Origin: Ruditapes philippinarum
Taxonomy: Eukaryota
Assembly (NCBI RefSeq): GCF_026571515.1
Contig: NW_026863691.1
Coordinates: 310,001-374,000, forward strand
DNA: 64,000 nt
Direction: 5' to 3'
This document shows positions 12,922 through 25,800 of this stretch, piece after piece. The translations under genes were made by a program, and so were the position numbers. Below the pieces are notes generated by a model. That model was not told where the DNA came from, did not search any database, and saw nothing but the letters and a program-made list of their open reading frames with translations. Each line of letters starts with the position of its first letter. The first letter of the stretch is position 1.

Positions 12922-12973
12922 TAAGTGCTGATTGCGGCTTCCAGCCCGTTCTTTTGATAGTTTTTCTTTTTCT

Positions 12974-13410
12974 ACGTACCCGTCTGGTCATGCTAGTATA
13001 GTGTTTGTTGTTATTTTAGTTAAGGAAAGACTTGAAATTTTACGCGTTTTGATAGTATAGCGTAAAATGTTTGTCTTTGCGTATCGCTTTCTATGCAGTG
13101 ATTTGTCATGTTTTTCTCGTGCATAAGTCACAATGAACGGTTAATGTATATTGTGTACTGGTCATTCTACCAGACGTTTTCGAGCAGTTAACATATCCAA
13201 TTTCATATTGAATAAGGTTTTGTTTTTACGATTCCAGAACAACTGATATAATAATAACGTGCTTAGATTACATGTTCTTTCCATTGTTATCAATTGTGTG
13301 TTAAAATATTGCTCTTTCTTAAGCCCGGTTACTTGTTTTGCTCATCAAATAAACGTACCCCGTTTGGTCATGCTAGAATAGTGTTTGTTGTTATTTTAGT
13401 TAAGGAAAGA
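12974..13410 (+). repeat. Split direct repeats B1-A2 ... B2
   Basis: B1 12974-13030 abuts A2 13032-13210; B2 13353-13410 differs from B1 by 1 indel and 2 substitutions. Confidence 0.95.
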
Positions 13411-13958
13411 CCTAAACTTCCACAAACACAACAAAAATGTCGTCTTGATTGATCTTTAAAGATCGGAAATATTACATCCTCATCAAATCTCAATTTGAAA
13501 TCAAAGATTCCAGAACACTCAATGAATTAATAAGACTTGAATCAGAAGGACCCTAACACGACAAAACAAAATTATACAAACGTTGTAAATGAAACTGTGA
13601 TGCGCTAATATTGTAATGCAGTAATATGATTTAAAATATTAACTTAAGTTTCAACTGAACTGGCTATTACTGACATCAATGCCTTTTTTCAATGACTTTT
13701 AGAAAAGCTCGAGAAATATTAAGCATAACTTGTAGTTGCTAGGACATTTTGTTATCAATGATGCACATATGGATGACAACGGAAATGGTAAAGACAAAAG
13801 CAGAATTGTAATAATTGATTTTCAGCATAAGCCACTCATGACACATTCACACAGAATTAGGGAAGCAAGTAGATATGATCAGATGAGTTTAATCTCTGCA
13901 ATTATCGTTTATAAGGAGCTGTATTAAGTTAAACCCAAAACTTTGAAGACAAAATAAA

Positions 13959-15077
13959 ATGCAGACAGGAATCAAAAGATTGCTTATGTTTGTAAAAATA
14001 TTTTTACTTATTTTCCTACAAATATATTCATATGTATCAGTCAAACCAGTGGACATTCAGATGTCAAGAAAGTTAATTGGATATACTTTAAAGACTCTTG
14101 CTCAAACTTCACTCTCGACATGCGCAGATATATGTCAACAAAAAGTTAATTGTAAGTCTATCAACTACAATCGAAAACATCATATTTGCGAACTCAACTC
14201 TGAAAGTGATTCTGATTTTCTACAAATTACGCCCGGTTGGTTATTTAGTGAAAATGATCAGTTATATTTAGAAGGAAATATTTACCAATGCGGACATATC
14301 CAATGTCAACAGAACGAAACATGCATCAAGAGCGGAGACAAAGTAGAATGCAAAATTGAAGAATGTGATTCTCCCTCTAATGTTGAATCAGAAACAGTTC
14401 TAGGGAATATGAACAATGTTGGTAATGTCCTTGCATCTGAATTTGACAATGGCTGTGGCTTCAGTTATTTTGTTTGTAACGAAGAAGGGCGTTGGCAATA
14501 CCTTAAGGAAGCCAGATATGAGCTGATATGTTCATATCCCCCTCAACACAGTCCGGGCCTTGAAATACATGAGGCGTTCATTAAGACTTACGAAGGATTA
14601 AAATATGTGACAGCTTCAAATGATAGTTACATATCAGCGTTTTCAGTAAAACAAGAATCGACTGTTATATACCATTGTAAAAATGCTTCGTATTTGATTG
14701 GAAATTCAACGCGCAACTGTACCCTAGGACAATGGTCCATGCCATCGATATCATGCATTGACATATGCCCAGATTACAAAAGCTACAGCTATAGTTTGCA
14801 CGAATGCATAGATTTGATGTCTTGTGACAAAGGCTATGCAGACACGTTTCAAAAGCACACAGGAACGGCAATGTGGATGAACAATTATGACACAATTTAC
14901 ACGGCTGAGGAGCAGGAATGTGTGGAAGCTTGTCGATCAGATACACAGTGTAATTCTTTTGATTACTCGAAATTATTTAAAAGATGCCATCTACAACGAC
15001 TGAACCCCCATGACAATACCGGTACATCTTTCTTATATATTGGTACATGGTCGTATTATCAACGTGATTGCAATTAA
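13959..15077 (+). CDS. Secreted Cys-rich protein: signal peptide, PAN/Apple, EGF-like, CCP/sushi-like x2, PAN/Apple (single coding exon)
   Basis: Hydrophobic N-terminus (LLMFVKIFLLIFLQIYS); PAN patterns CADICQQKVNCKSINY...CEL and CVEACRSDTQCNSFDY...CHL; sushi pattern YHCKNASYLIGNSTRNCTLGQWS...C. Confidence 0.82.
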   Translation: MQTGIKRLLMFVKIFLLIFLQIYSYVSVKPVDIQMSRKLIGYTLKTLAQTSLSTCADICQQKVNCKSINYNRKHHICELNSESDSDFLQITPGWLFSENDQLYLEGNIYQCGHIQCQQNETCIKSGDKVECKIEECDSPSNVESETVLGNMNNVGNVLASEFDNGCGFSYFVCNEEGRWQYLKEARYELICSYPPQHSPGLEIHEAFIKTYEGLKYVTASNDSYISAFSVKQESTVIYHCKNASYLIGNSTRNCTLGQWSMPSISCIDICPDYKSYSYSLHECIDLMSCDKGYADTFQKHTGTAMWMNNYDTIYTAEEQECVEACRSDTQCNSFDYSKLFKRCHLQRLNPHDNTGTSFLYIGTWSYYQRDCN

Positions 15078-15380
15078 AAAACTGATGTCATGACAACAAA
15101 AACATAACAAACAAAACAAGAAAAATGCTTATAATGATAAACTTATTAAATTTCACCAATTGTTAATGCCTTTGCATCCTGCAATGAAAGTGGTGAGGTG
15201 AAAAAGCGTTTGAGGTGATGAAAGCTTTCAATTTAATGCAGCCATGTTTTTGTAAATTTATTTAATTTATTTTGTCATATAAGGCATTTTATGCCTTGGG
15301 ACACAAATAAAGTTTTTTAGTGGTTTAATAATGATTATCACTTGAAGACAGAAGTGCTGAATGAAATTAACTATATTAAT

Positions 15381-15570
15381 GTTTAATGTCGCACCAACAC
15401 AGTGTATATCATATTGCAACTTTCCGGCCTCCGGTTTCCCTTTGCACATTTAAGTCGCAAACAGGTACCTGAGTAAAACCACCGAAGACGCTGCCGCAGC
15501 TCGAATTTACAGCGGTGAGAGGCAAGTGATTTCAAGTCAACGACTTTAACCACTCGGCCAAGGACGCCCC
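15381..15570 (-). mobile_element. tRNA-derived SINE, internally deleted
   Basis: Minus strand begins ggggcgtccttggccgagtggttaaagtcgttgacttgaaatcacttgcc (A-box head); 3' end resembles copies at 52632-52860 and 63655-63785. Confidence 0.7.
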
Positions 15571-17669
15571 ATAAAAGTAACATTATATAGTATTTTAATT
15601 TTACTTTTAGCTAAAAAGCAACAGAAGCAAACGATGGTTTAGGTAATTGACAAATCAGTAAAATTTTGTAAAATATAATAGGACAAAAAAGCATTTGGGA
15701 AATGAAAATATTTTTTAAGCATTTCTGAGGCATAATATAGATATTAATGGTTAGATATTGAGAAATGTTATCACGTGATGTTGATATCAAGATTCTTACG
15801 TTCACATTTGAGCAAAGGATTGCCAACAAGGGTTAGTCATAGATAGAGCACACCTCTGGGACTTAGAGTCACCATGGAATTAACGTATTTTCGTTTTAAA
15901 CCAAAAACATTCTAACAAAATGTTAAACAGATTACTTCTCTTTCGGGCAAAGTAAAGACAGTACTAAGGGAGCATTGCAGACTTGGCTTTGGTACGTTTC
16001 AAATCCAATATCTCCCGTAACAATCTTGAGATTTTCGAGAATTTCATATAGTTTTATTAATGTCTTTACCAATTGCTGGTGTTAAAGTTTCAGATCATTC
16101 GATCAACCGGTTTTCAAGAATTTTCATTTTAATTGTCCAAATTGACACAAAAAAATGAAAAGCGTTTAATTGCTTTAACTCAAATCGGCCTATGATTAAT
16201 CGATTTTCAATTCAATAAAGTGTACAATTTTTATTTTCATTTGCATATTGTTCTGTTTAAAACGTCCTGGTTTATCTACGTAAGAATTACAAATGTTACA
16301 TTTTAAGGCTTTTCGGCCACAGATGAGTTCCTGTCATTCTAAAAGTAACCGAGATACAGCGGGGGTAATTGCGATATTGCACATTTAGCCGACGATTATA
16401 GCTAATGTGATTAAAACAGTTTACCAATTTGTATCTTAATGTTCGCCTGATTAGAAGTAAATAAACTAAAATTTTGAACTGATGCGGAGCAAAATCTATT
16501 GCTCTCTTCCATTGAAAAAGAAGTGTTGACCAACTTGAAACTAAGTAAATATATACGTGCAAATATATAATAGAAAATGTTTAAAAATATTGGTTGCTAC
16601 ATTAGAAGTTAATTTATTTGGATTAAACTGCTGTTAACGGATACAAGACCATATAATCTGTATTTTTATTGTTTTAAGGAAAAACTTCCAGATCTTTTCA
16701 GGGAGAAATAAAAGCTTAAAGGTTCTGACAATATGAGAAGGTAAAAATCAACGAAATATTGACTTAGTTACATATGAATTATGTCTATCGAAAATCATAA
16801 AATTGAAGCTTCGAAAGCCTAGAGCTTCACGAACAAGATTTATAATAAGAATAATGATTAAATCGTGAACTATTTTATTTGTTTAAACTTTAAAAGTAAA
16901 TATCATCCGGAAATGAGATATATTTTAGGAGAACTTTAAAAGGTCCTACTGTTTGCATTTCACATTTGAAGTCATGTTTTATAATTGAATTGAATCAAGT
17001 ATTGTCTTATGTTATCTAAGGCCATGGTAAATCAGCGCTGTCGTAAGTGATTGCACTTTATAGCCTTTAACTGCAATGCCCTGTCGTGATTGCGCTTAAA
17101 TAACACGGAATTATTGTAATGTTACCGTGAATGCGCTAAAAGAATCGAAACAACTAGTTTTACCACAGTCACAAAAGCACATAAACCGTCAGGTTATTTC
17201 GGTCGCTACCTTTCCATTCAGAAATATTATTCATGTACACACTTATTTATGTATACAGATCGAAAAATAAAAAGTTCCTGAACGACAACTTTTAACTCGG
17301 TACTTTCCTTGAAATCATTAGTTCTTGAGATCTATGGCCACGTCAATATATACTCACCGTGCAATACCATCTTAATGGAGTCGCAAAAGCTGCACGGGTA
17401 TCATATGCAATAACAACAAAGGAAGCAATCTAACTACTACACTGTATCAACTTAATATCCAAAATAGATTAAATGAACAGTAAAATGAGTTTGCTATGCA
17501 ATATTGAATAGCACTACCCAAACTGTCAAATGTTTTTTTTTCTCTCGTCTACACTGAAAAATACATGTGTTCAAAATATAAATACGCAGTTATGAGTGTC
17601 TAATGTTTCTCGGAGCAATTTGACACAGTGAAATTAAAATAGAGCTATTGACATAAACTCTAATATTTT

Positions 17670-18440
17670 ACAATTGGTTATGTCATAACTTTCTGACAGG
17701 CAACAACTCATCCCGCCTTTTCTTGTTGATCTTGTTTATCATATTTCATGGACGTATCTCACATATGGAAGGGTTATTTGTGGTGCTCCCCAAGGATCTG
17801 TCTCGGGGCCTTAATATTTCTATTACCGGTATATGTGAATAATATGCAGGTTGTTGTAAAACATAAGCCCCTGTTGCAGGGAAGAATAGGTAATTTATTA
17901 AATAATATCTAATAAAATTCAATTTGTCAGTCAATCGTTAATAGACAACAAATTATCCCTTCACTATGGTAAAGTATAGATACTGTTATTTGGTTAAAAG
18001 TCAGCTGATAAATGATATTCAGATAACTTTTAAAGTCAAATATCTAGCTGCTACACTTGATAAGTCTCTGACTGGTGATTTCATTGCAACATCTGTATGT
18101 TGCATGTTGAATTTGAGTCAATGGTCTAACCAAATTCTGGAACGATAAACTCCAGGTCACACAAAATAAATCAATTCGTACTTATTCTTGGCCATAGATT
18201 GCACCTTGTAAATGAACATTTTAAAGTTTTGAATTTGTTGCTAGTTTATGCCGGTGCCAGGGGACGTGAAGGATGTTGAACTTTTTCATTATTCCTCATG
18301 TACAGACAGACTCAATCAAACCGAGTCTGCAATTTTCATGTATTTTTTTGTGATGAATGCTTACGAGGGGTCACCTTTTTCCAGATTTTTTACAATAAAA
18401 CACGGTCTTGCTCCTGAATATATGGGTGAAAACTTGCACC
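17670..18440 (+). mobile_element. Degenerate CR1/L2-type LINE reverse transcriptase remnant
   Basis: Scattered motifs SDRQQL (~17692), CGAPQGSVSGP (~17779), VKYLAATLDKSLTG (~18034), IKHGLAPEYM (~18395), with many frameshifts. Confidence 0.7.
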
Positions 18441-18479
18441 TACCTCTCCTCTTCCCCCTCCCCGCCCCTCTCCTCAACT

Positions 18480-18592
18480 CCTATATCCTATAACCTATAT
18501 CCTATCTCGTATCCTATCATATCTTTCATATCCTATCCTTTCCTATATCCAATCCAATCATATCCTATATCCAATCCTATCATATCCTATAG
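18480..18592. repeat. Degenerate (TATCC)n simple repeat
   Basis: cctatatcctataacctatatcctatc... run. Confidence 0.75.
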
Positions 18593-20517
18593 ACCCTTTC
18601 ATTTAAGACCGTAATCAAGTTGTCGCCCTTGGATGACGTCATTGGGGGATACGGTGGACAATGGCGATAAGATTTAGTACAATAATAGAGGGATATAACG
18701 ATCTTAATCCTTTCTCTTGTATAATTGGGAGATTGAAATTGCCAAAATGTTGGGTAATTTAATACGATATTACATAAAAAGGATGGTGAAATGAATAAAA
18801 ATGTTTACTATAATAAGGTTAACGATTTGTTTTAATAGTAGACCGTATTGCTCGGTAACTGATAATGATTACCATTTTCGTTAGATTCTTTATAAATTAA
18901 TGAAAATTTTACCAGGCAGATAAATCGTACTAACTTGCTAATACCAGAGATATAGATTATGGTAATATACAATACCCAAAAGATATTTTGAGTTTCAAAA
19001 ATGTAAGGATTCTGTAGTTTCGAAAAACGGTATTGATTTATTAAAAAAACATTTTGATTTAAGCATTACTGAGACAAAGAAAAACAACAATATTAATCTA
19101 TATATTAATTAAAAAAAATGTAAAGGCATAAAAAGTAAATATTCGTTTTGAATGTACATGACTGTATACTATTTGTGTCGGCAATAAATGCACTCTAAAA
19201 AATCGTACATCACACCAATATATTTAAGCTAGTAAAGTGATATTTTCAACTTGATACTTTTTAATTCATACTCAGCTTATCAAATATTTAAAAAAAAATC
19301 ACAAAAAAAAACAAAACAAAACAAAAACAAGTTGTGAAACACGTTCACAGAAATTCGTTATGAACTGAATTATAATTTTATGTATTTTTGACTGTGCCAG
19401 TTGGTAGGACTCTAGATCGAGAATCAAATCAGTAAGGCATGACCAATAAAGTCCCTAGGATGATCCATAACAAAATTCGGACCATAAATGTTTTGACAAC
19501 TAACAAAAGTGACGTAATCTAATGTAATGTTATAACTCTAAAAAATTGCACCATGGTGATTGATGATATCACGTACAGCCAAGTGCCGCTTGAATATACA
19601 ACATATGCATCCTCTTCAATTAATATGATACGGCCCAGTGGTGCTTATATATACACATCTATTTATCTATGTTACTGGGAAAAGGTCTTTATTTCCACAA
19701 CCATAAGAAAAGATTTTCAATATCAAAATTATCTTCTTATCGTCTGTTGCGAATCTAAAATTACAAAAGTCTATGCCACATGTTTTTCGTTCTTTCCGGA
19801 ATATTTATAGAATTATATCCTTCACTGGTTCTTAGAAATATTTTTATACGGCATAATGAAAAAAAAATCAGTAAATATTGACAGAATGCATTCTGTAATT
19901 GTTCTATTAAAGCTTGAAAAACTATCATTAAAAGACATTGGCAGTCTTATTTTCATGTTTGTCTCAAAACGCCGAAATTTTCTAAATGACAGAAAATAAC
20001 TCAGAAAACTAGAAAATGGCCCTTTATATTCATAATAGGCAATTTCAGTGTGTATGGGTGTTTATAAAATATTAAAATTTGATTTCGTTACCAGCTTTTT
20101 ATCCGTGCATTAGAGAAAATCTAGATCTAATAAATGTACTGCAGTATTTAATTTGAAATTTCGCTGTTTCACTCCGTAGCGAGAATTAATCTTAATCTTT
20201 GTTTTTGTAATTTTTTTTCTATTGTCTTGATATTGAATTTATGTATGCATGCGTAATTTTTTTACATGTTATAATCATAATTGAACGATCAGTATATACG
20301 CATTTAACTTTTCAATAAGGTAACATTCTATGCGGCCTGCATAGTTTTTATCCCCCATTTACGTCACATCCGGTAAGGGAAGTAACTCTTCCCTGACTGT
20401 TATCGCTTAAATGAAAGGGTCTAATTGATTACACTGCGTCAATTTTTACCTCCCTTAGACCAAAACATTTCTGTTTGTACTTTACCAGAAACTTCTATAT
20501 TCTGTAACTATCACCAT

Positions 20518-20518
<1 letters not shown>

Positions 20519-20599
<81 letters not shown>
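20519..20599 (+). repeat. Poly(A) tract of ~80 nt
   Basis: Uninterrupted A run followed by low-complexity sequence. Confidence 0.9.
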
Positions 20600-20600
<1 letters not shown>

Positions 20601-21449
20601 AAACCCTCTCCTATGAAAGGGTTAATTTTAATTTCCCCCTTTTCCCCAAAAAAATTTTTTTTTCCCCAAAAATTCTTATTTAAAATATCACCATATTACC
20701 TGTAGACAATTCAATTGTAGAAATACAAAAAAATCTCAGATACAAAAATGTCCTTATAATCAAACCCTTAACTATATAGAATCATTTGACCTGTATTGTT
20801 TTTTTTTTTTTTTTTCATTTTAAATTTATGAGAAGTGTAAACAATGCTTACTAATGCTTAGGTAAATGGCAGCTTAATTTAGTTTTTTAACACAATATCG
20901 TCTATCTAACGTATACAAATTTCTATACGGCCACCTTTTCATTTTCACTTTAATACATGCACTAGGTTGAGCATTAAGATACTGAACTTTTAAAGATAAT
21001 TCGATTGGTATTTTTCTTAACGCGAAACGCAAAGTAATCTAACATAATGTTTTCGTAGCCGTATGAGGCTATTCAATTTTTTAGTTCGGTAAAATAAAAA
21101 ATATATTGGCCAGTTTACTTACCACGTTGGAAATCCTGCCAAGTAACCGCGTTATTTTCACATCCCGGCGTTACTGGATATACACGGGTTTTTTTTTACA
21201 AGTGACATTTCAAATAAAAACACGGCAATTAAACACATGCAATATGAATGGTGATCGCGGAACCCCAGAACGGGAAGTAATAATTCATGTACTAAATGTG
21301 AATTGTTTTCTGATTCAAATCTAATTTTTATCAATGACATTCAACATGTGTTTCATGTGGCAAGAATGTTAAGGAGACAAGGATAAGACCCCGCCGACAA
21401 GCTAATGGGCCCACACGTGTGTACAGACGCCGCTGGAAACGTTAAAGTT

Positions 21450-21590
21450 GTGCTTCAAGCGGATCGTTGTGAAGTTGGCTCGATCAGATCATGGTATGGA
21501 CAGGAGTCTCTATGCACTCACAAAACGCAACTTGTGAATATTGAAAGTAATCTGAATGCCCAACGCTGCCAAGACAAATTCTTGTGCCGC
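21450..21590 (+). mobile_element. Tc1-like transposase remnant
   Basis: QADRCEVGSIRSW...KTQLVNIESNLNAQRCQDKFL resembles the Tc1 catalytic-core segment GGGSVMVWG...LV.I.GNLNAQRY...IL. Confidence 0.6.
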
Positions 21591-22611
21591 ATTTCCAACT
21601 CCTGGATGATTTTGGCCCATATTTTTTTATTTTCATTTTGTGTAGTTGATGAAATTTATTCAGAAGATTTTGTTCTGTCGGTGATTATAACATATATTGA
21701 CAATAAATTGCTTTTAAATCGCTGTTGTTTTACGTTTATATCAAATATTAAGCTAACAATTTGCCCAGAACTAAGATGCCGTTTAGAACTTTTGATCAGT
21801 GTATACAATAAATATTGTATTATGTAATTCATGCGAAAATTGTTCAGAAAAATGTAATATTAATACACCTTTGTCAAACAAATTAGATCGGTGCATTGAT
21901 TTTCAAAACAAAACAAGGGCCCACGAATTGGATCCTTTCTTAGTTCAGTTAAAAGGCTAAGATAAAGTTTACATTTTTAACAAGAGAGGCATCCAGAAGG
22001 GAAACTTTGTTTCTGTTTTGTGTGTACCTAACAAAGATGGTTACATAAACGGACATGACCAGATAACAATTTATCTAGGGGAAACGGACAAACAAATTCC
22101 AAATAGGCCTTACATACAAAATGAAGATATATATTCCCATGCTTAAATTAGAACAACTTGGATATGAAATATTATCTTGTTGACTATCTTTTGACTTCAG
22201 TTCATTTTTCACTCCTTTCATTCCAAGACGGTAAGTTGATTTTGTAGTCCTTTTTATACAGAGTAAAATTAATCTTGTTTTATAATTTCTAGCTTTGCTA
22301 AAAAATGGAACCACATTTATCGCGCTGTAAACAATGTTTTTCCGTTGGCATAAATAACAAATAAAATAGCAATCACGGAGTGGCTTTTGTGGTTTACTAT
22401 TTTGCACTTTTTAACTGAATACTATGAATTTTATGTTTCGTTTTTTTTTTAAATTTGTAGATGAAACATTAAATGTATGTAATGATGACATGATGTTTAT
22501 CTTTGGTGTTATTTTAACAATGCTCATTAAAACAACATCGGAAGAGAGAATGTTTTAGTTAAAAGTCAGTAATTAACTATACAAAGTTTTACGTAATTCT
22601 GTTATGCATTT

Positions 22612-22829
22612 NNNNNNNNNNNNNNNNNNNNNNNNNNNNNNNNNNNNNNNNNNNNNNNNNNNNNNNNNNNNNNNNNNNNNNNNNNNNNNNNNNNNNNNNN
22701 NNNNNNNNNNNNNNNNNNNNNNNNNNNNNNNNNNNNNNNNNNNNNNNNNNNNNNNNNNNNNNNNNNNNNNNNNNNNNNNNNNNNNNNNNNNNNNNNNNNN
22801 NNNNNNNNNNNNNNNNNNNNNNNNNNNNN
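22612..22829. other. Assembly gap (N run)
   Basis: N characters. Confidence 1.
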
Positions 22830-22842
22830 CACCACGGGAACA

Positions 22843-25800
22843 ATGATTCGTCAAGCATTGGTTATAGCTGTTTTATTCCTGGTAAATTATTGCAACGGGT
22901 AAGTGTGTAATATTTTAGTAGATCTAGATTAAAACAAGGATTGTTGACAAAGTATATGTAATATTTATTGTTATTATGGCGCTATATATGCAAATTTATT
23001 ATTTCTAAAGAACGGTAACTAACGAGAATTTTTGTATCTACTAGTATGTTAACATCTGTAAAAAGAAAAGAAAGAAAGAAAACAATCAGAATACATGTTA
23101 AAGTGATAATATCTGGAGTTCGAAGCTAACGCACTATTTTAGTACTTCAAGTATTTTTAAACCGTTTCTTGAAGTTGACATAGGGCCTATACTTTTATAT
23201 AAATTAAAAAAAAACAACATAATAATTGTATTAATATATATATTAAACCTCTTTAAGAAGGAATGTTAACACCGTAATTGCATTTATACTACCGAAAAGC
23301 GTTTAAAATAATGCCAAAAGGGTTGGCCAAAAGACAGTAAATAAATGGACGTCGTTTTCAAACATCGTTCTTAATGATACATTTACAGTTTCAGTTTTTT
23401 GGCTTTTATTCAAAGGAACCATCCTTAGTCACGGGCCATATGTTACCTAGATATACAAACAGCCAAATAAAATATTAATAAACCCTTAATTTAATGATCA
23501 CACCTAACTATAACAAAGGATATGAGCCGCGTCACGACAAAGTTAACATAATGGGTTTGCGACCAGCATGGATCCAGACCAGCCTGCGCCTCCGCGCAGT
23601 CTGATCAGGATCCATGCTGTTCGCTTACAAACCCTATTACAAGTAAAGAAACTGATAGCGAACAGCATGGATACTGATCAGACTGCATTATGTTGGTTTT
23701 GTCATGACACTGCTCATATATCTATTCCAGATCCTCTCTCCAGCTGAAACCGTATGCCGATACAGCAATCGTGATGTTTTTACACAGTGATTTAGACCAG
23801 GATGGACATCTTAATATGTCAGAAATACGTGAAACATTCGTAAAATACGACTTAAACGGTGTGTTCCTAATACACATAATATAAGTACAATTTTATTTGA
23901 TATTTATTTCAACATTTTTTTATGAGGGGAAAAAATGCGCAACAAAATAACACTGACATTATGTTGTCAAGTGGTCCCCGTCTTTGTAATTAAATTACAT
24001 TTTGTCGTTGGTCGTTTATTCAATCATACACTTTGTTATCAAATGATCCTTACTTTTAAAATAACTCTATAGAATATTCTAACACTCACGAGATTTTGTC
24101 ACTATAGACAAAGAAGGACAAAAACTGGTGTTAAACTGCCAATAAACACCGGTTAGGGACTACTTGAATATGTGCTGTTATGTTTTCACCCTCGATTGTA
24201 TGATTTACAATTAAAAGCATTTTTATTTATATTTTCAGTTCGTACATTTTTTTATTTTCATACAATACCGAAATAATATATCACATACACTAACGCCACA
24301 TATATGATCCATATCAGTTAATAAATATTTTGACAAAACGGCGCCGTTCCGTAAGCAGCGTAATGACGTCATCGTAAGTAAACAACTCATTCATAAACAA
24401 GCTGACGTTATTTCATACATACAAGAATGATAAATGGGGCCTTGATGTAAACACAATACGACGTAAGTTTTTATTGTTGAAAACTTGATAAAATAACGTT
24501 TTTTGCTTATTATTTCTTATGTTTAATAATTTCTATATCTTCGCAACAGTAGGGTGCGAAAATCGAACAGCGTTACATACGAAAATCGGCACCGGAAGTT
24601 ATTTCCGCTTGAAAAATAACATTAGTGATTTTCCTTATTTTATCGTGTTAGAATCGAAATAAAATCGGCCTGAGAGGTGTATATCGGCTATTTAACACCC
24701 GGTTTTGTCGTTTTGATGCGACAAAATTCCTACGCATCAAAACTCCAAACCGGTGTTAAATAGCCGATATACACCTCTCAGGCCGATGTAATTTCTTAAG
24801 CTTGTACTTCGTGTCAGCTTTTGTCAATTTTGCATAAAGTTATTATATTACACTTTATTCTTAACTCATTCTTGTTGACACAAATAAACTTTCTAATAAG
24901 ACACCAACACGTATAAGTAAAAATCTTCTTAATTTCGGGCTGGTCTTGTGGTCAACGCCTGTATATTTTTACAGTCCATATTTGATAACTGTGTGTCATG
25001 TACAAACAATTTGCAATGAAACGTTCATATACGAATATGCAAAGATGTTACGATACTTAATTTGATGATGATAAAGTCAGAAATAATTCAAAATTTAATT
25101 TCAATGATTTACTTATCAATTCTTGCCATTTGCATATGAAATGACATTTTCACATCAATCCCTGGTAAAATAAATGCACATAAAACCAACAAATAACCGC
25201 TCTGAAATTAAAGTTCTTAACCTTTCATTGTTCTATAAATTGTATTAAATTTCAATCAAAACAGCTTAAACATCATGTTTCATCAAGATTTATGAGTTAA
25301 AGCGTTTCACCAGACAAGTATCAAAATTGTGATCTTAATAGGTGTTGATCGTATCAAAAATAGTCTTAATAGCGGAGTCTAGAAAATAACAAGGATTTGG
25401 ACTGAAAATCGTGATATTAATAGTGAATAAGCAAGGTGGTTTTAGTAATGGATCGTGTGATCATTATAATACAGAAAAACAAAAGTTCGTTTATATAGCG
25501 GTCTTTCAAATGTTCAAAGGATCAAATTTTGAATAAATTTCATATATACAAGAACTAAAGAAGAAATAGAAACGAAGGAGAAATAATTCAAAAACTTTCG
25601 TCTAACTTAATACACCATGTGACTCGCATAAAAATGTAGAGCAATCCTACAAAAATTGTTTCAAATGTAATTTGCTCTAACCTTTTGTAAATTGCATATT
25701 TATAGCCAAAATAATGGCTACATACATTTCCGCATAAGTATGAGTGCTGAAACTGTACTTTAATTATTTTAGGAGATGGATTTGAGACAAGATACGAGTA

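Larger units (their letters stand above)
5708..13410 (+). mobile_element. PAT-like tyrosine-recombinase (DIRS order) retrotransposon, full-length but inactivated
   Basis: Split direct repeats A1 5708-5886, B1 12974-13030, A2 13032-13210, B2 13353-13410 enclosing gag, RT/RNaseH/MT and YR coding regions. Confidence 0.93.

Noticed and set aside
20425-20616. Poly-lysine ORF
   Set aside because: Translation of a poly(A) tract; may be a sequencing or assembly artefact.
22573-22858. ORFs spanning N runs (also 42358-42703)
   Set aside because: Artefacts of assembly gaps.
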